Source of the DNA: a virus
Taxonomy: Duplodnaviria; Caudoviricetes
DNA: 26,979 nt
Reading direction: 5' to 3' (one strand)
IMG/VR virus record: IMGVR_UViG_3300038475_000040
Location: 1-26,979 of that record
Part shown: one piece after another, positions 25,968-26,979 of the stretch
Position numbering within the stretch: the first letter of the stretch is position 1
Layout: every line of letters starts with the position of its first letter
Translations under genes and position numbers: made by a program
Notes under the pieces: model-generated
The model's input: only the letters and a program-made list of their open reading frames with translations
Database searches by the model: none
What the model was told of the DNA's origin: nothing

Positions 25968-26438
25968 TTATGCACTGACAGATGCAAACGGATCAACACC
26001 GTACTCGATCACGGTTACTTCAACCGCAGTCGCATCGGTTCCGCGCACCAGATGGAACGTGTCGCCCGCAGCCAGCGCAACACCACCATCGGCAGTGGAA
26101 GACCCAACACCCGTACCACTGATCTGGACTCGGCTAAAACCACCTTGCACCGCATTCAGAGCATACGGACCATACGTACTGGTTGAAGTGCCCGATACCT
26201 TGATACCGCTGATCAAATCGCCCGCCGCAGTAGATGTCACTGTTGCAGTCCCGTTCCAGCCTGTTGTTGTCGAGGTGCCAACCACAAAACTGGTAGCACC
26301 AATCGAAAACACATGCAGGGCAGTAAATGCAACGAACTTAGCTGTTGCCGAAGACGCACCCGCCGCATTTGCACCAAATGAATGGCACATACGAGCAATA
26401 TAGGCGGGATGGTCGTACATCATATTTTTCTGAGTCAT
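25968..26438 (-). CDS. Putative capsid decoration/cement protein
   Basis: Directly after the major capsid gene; AGGAG RBS; Ala/Gly/Ser/Thr-rich beta protein. Confidence 0.7.
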   Translation of the reverse strand: MTQKNMMYDHPAYIARMCHSFGANAAGASSATAKFVAFTALHVFSIGATSFVVGTSTTTGWNGTATVTSTAAGDLISGIKVSGTSTSTYGPYALNAVQGGFSRVQISGTGVGSSTADGGVALAAGDTFHLVRGTDATAVEVTVIEYGVDPFASVSA

Positions 26439-26448
26439 GATGCTCTCC

Positions 26449-26979
26449 TTAAACCAGACTATCCCATTTCACAATCCGGCAGTTTGCTGCCAGAGTGTGA
26501 ACGATGCCGAAGCCGCCCAAGTAGTACCAAGCGACACCCTTTGACCGACCGTAATCCGAAGGAATCTTCCCTCTCATTTCTTCCGGTACGGCGATAGCTT
26601 CCGCTACCGTGTCGTTGCCGAAGAAGAAAATCCAGTCAGACTTGCCTTGTGACCACGGAACCATGTCACCGCCTACCGCTGTTGACGCAATGCCCGTAGT
26701 ACCAATACCTTTGGCAATGTTGGTCTGCTCAACGTAGCGCACGTTTTCATAGCGGCCAATTTCGCCGTTCATGATCAGCTTGAAGCCGGTATCCGAATAC
26801 TGGTGGATGGTTTCCAAGTTGTTTTTGAACGAACGCAATGTGGTGGGCCATGCCAAAGCATAGTAGTCATCACCCAGATAAGCGGGGATGTTACGTTCCT
26901 TCATCATGTCCACAATGGCTTTGGCGTGTGCGTTGTTGTACGCAACGGTGTTGGTGCCGGTTACGGTGCCGTTGGTGTA
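26449..26979 (-). CDS. Major capsid protein, C-terminal part (truncated by window edge; N4-gp56-like)
   Basis: Frame is open to the edge; NGEIGRYENVRYVEQT and DYGRSKGVAWYYLGGFGIV are typical HK97-fold capsid C-terminal motifs. Confidence 0.85.
   Translation of the reverse strand, partial: YTNGTVTGTNTVAYNNAHAKAIVDMMKERNIPAYLGDDYYALAWPTTLRSFKNNLETIHQYSDTGFKLIMNGEIGRYENVRYVEQTNIAKGIGTTGIASTAVGGDMVPWSQGKSDWIFFFGNDTVAEAIAVPEEMRGKIPSDYGRSKGVAWYYLGGFGIVHTLAANCRIVKWDSLV

Noticed and set aside
6366-26979. Stop-codon reassignment
   Set aside because: Genes are full length and tightly packed under the standard code.

Overview
A ~27 kb segment of a tailed phage with a podovirus-like (P22-type) tail machine, probably temperate and infecting a Gram-negative host (it has a spanin pair and an IHF consensus site). 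The left end holds a tRNA-Arg(UCU) and an attP-like site: a tRNA 3'-end fragment flanked on both sides by ACTTGCA repeats. Next come a membrane/HTH gene carrying embedded palindromes and ~5 kb of small accessory genes. From 6366 to the right edge, a minus-strand late operon runs in transcription order: major capsid protein (partial), head-associated proteins, HNH, GT2, TylF-type methyltransferase, methyltransferase-GT9 fusion, gp4-like and gp10-like tail proteins, sulfotransferase-like protein, Asp/Asn beta-hydroxylase, three ejection proteins, a divergent PurD-like ATP-grasp ligase with an HExxE metalloprotein, tail fibre, lysis cassette and HNH. The most notable signal is the set of tailoring enzymes interleaved with virion genes, suggesting a virion-modification pathway. 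All family assignments come from reading motifs by eye; no searches were run.
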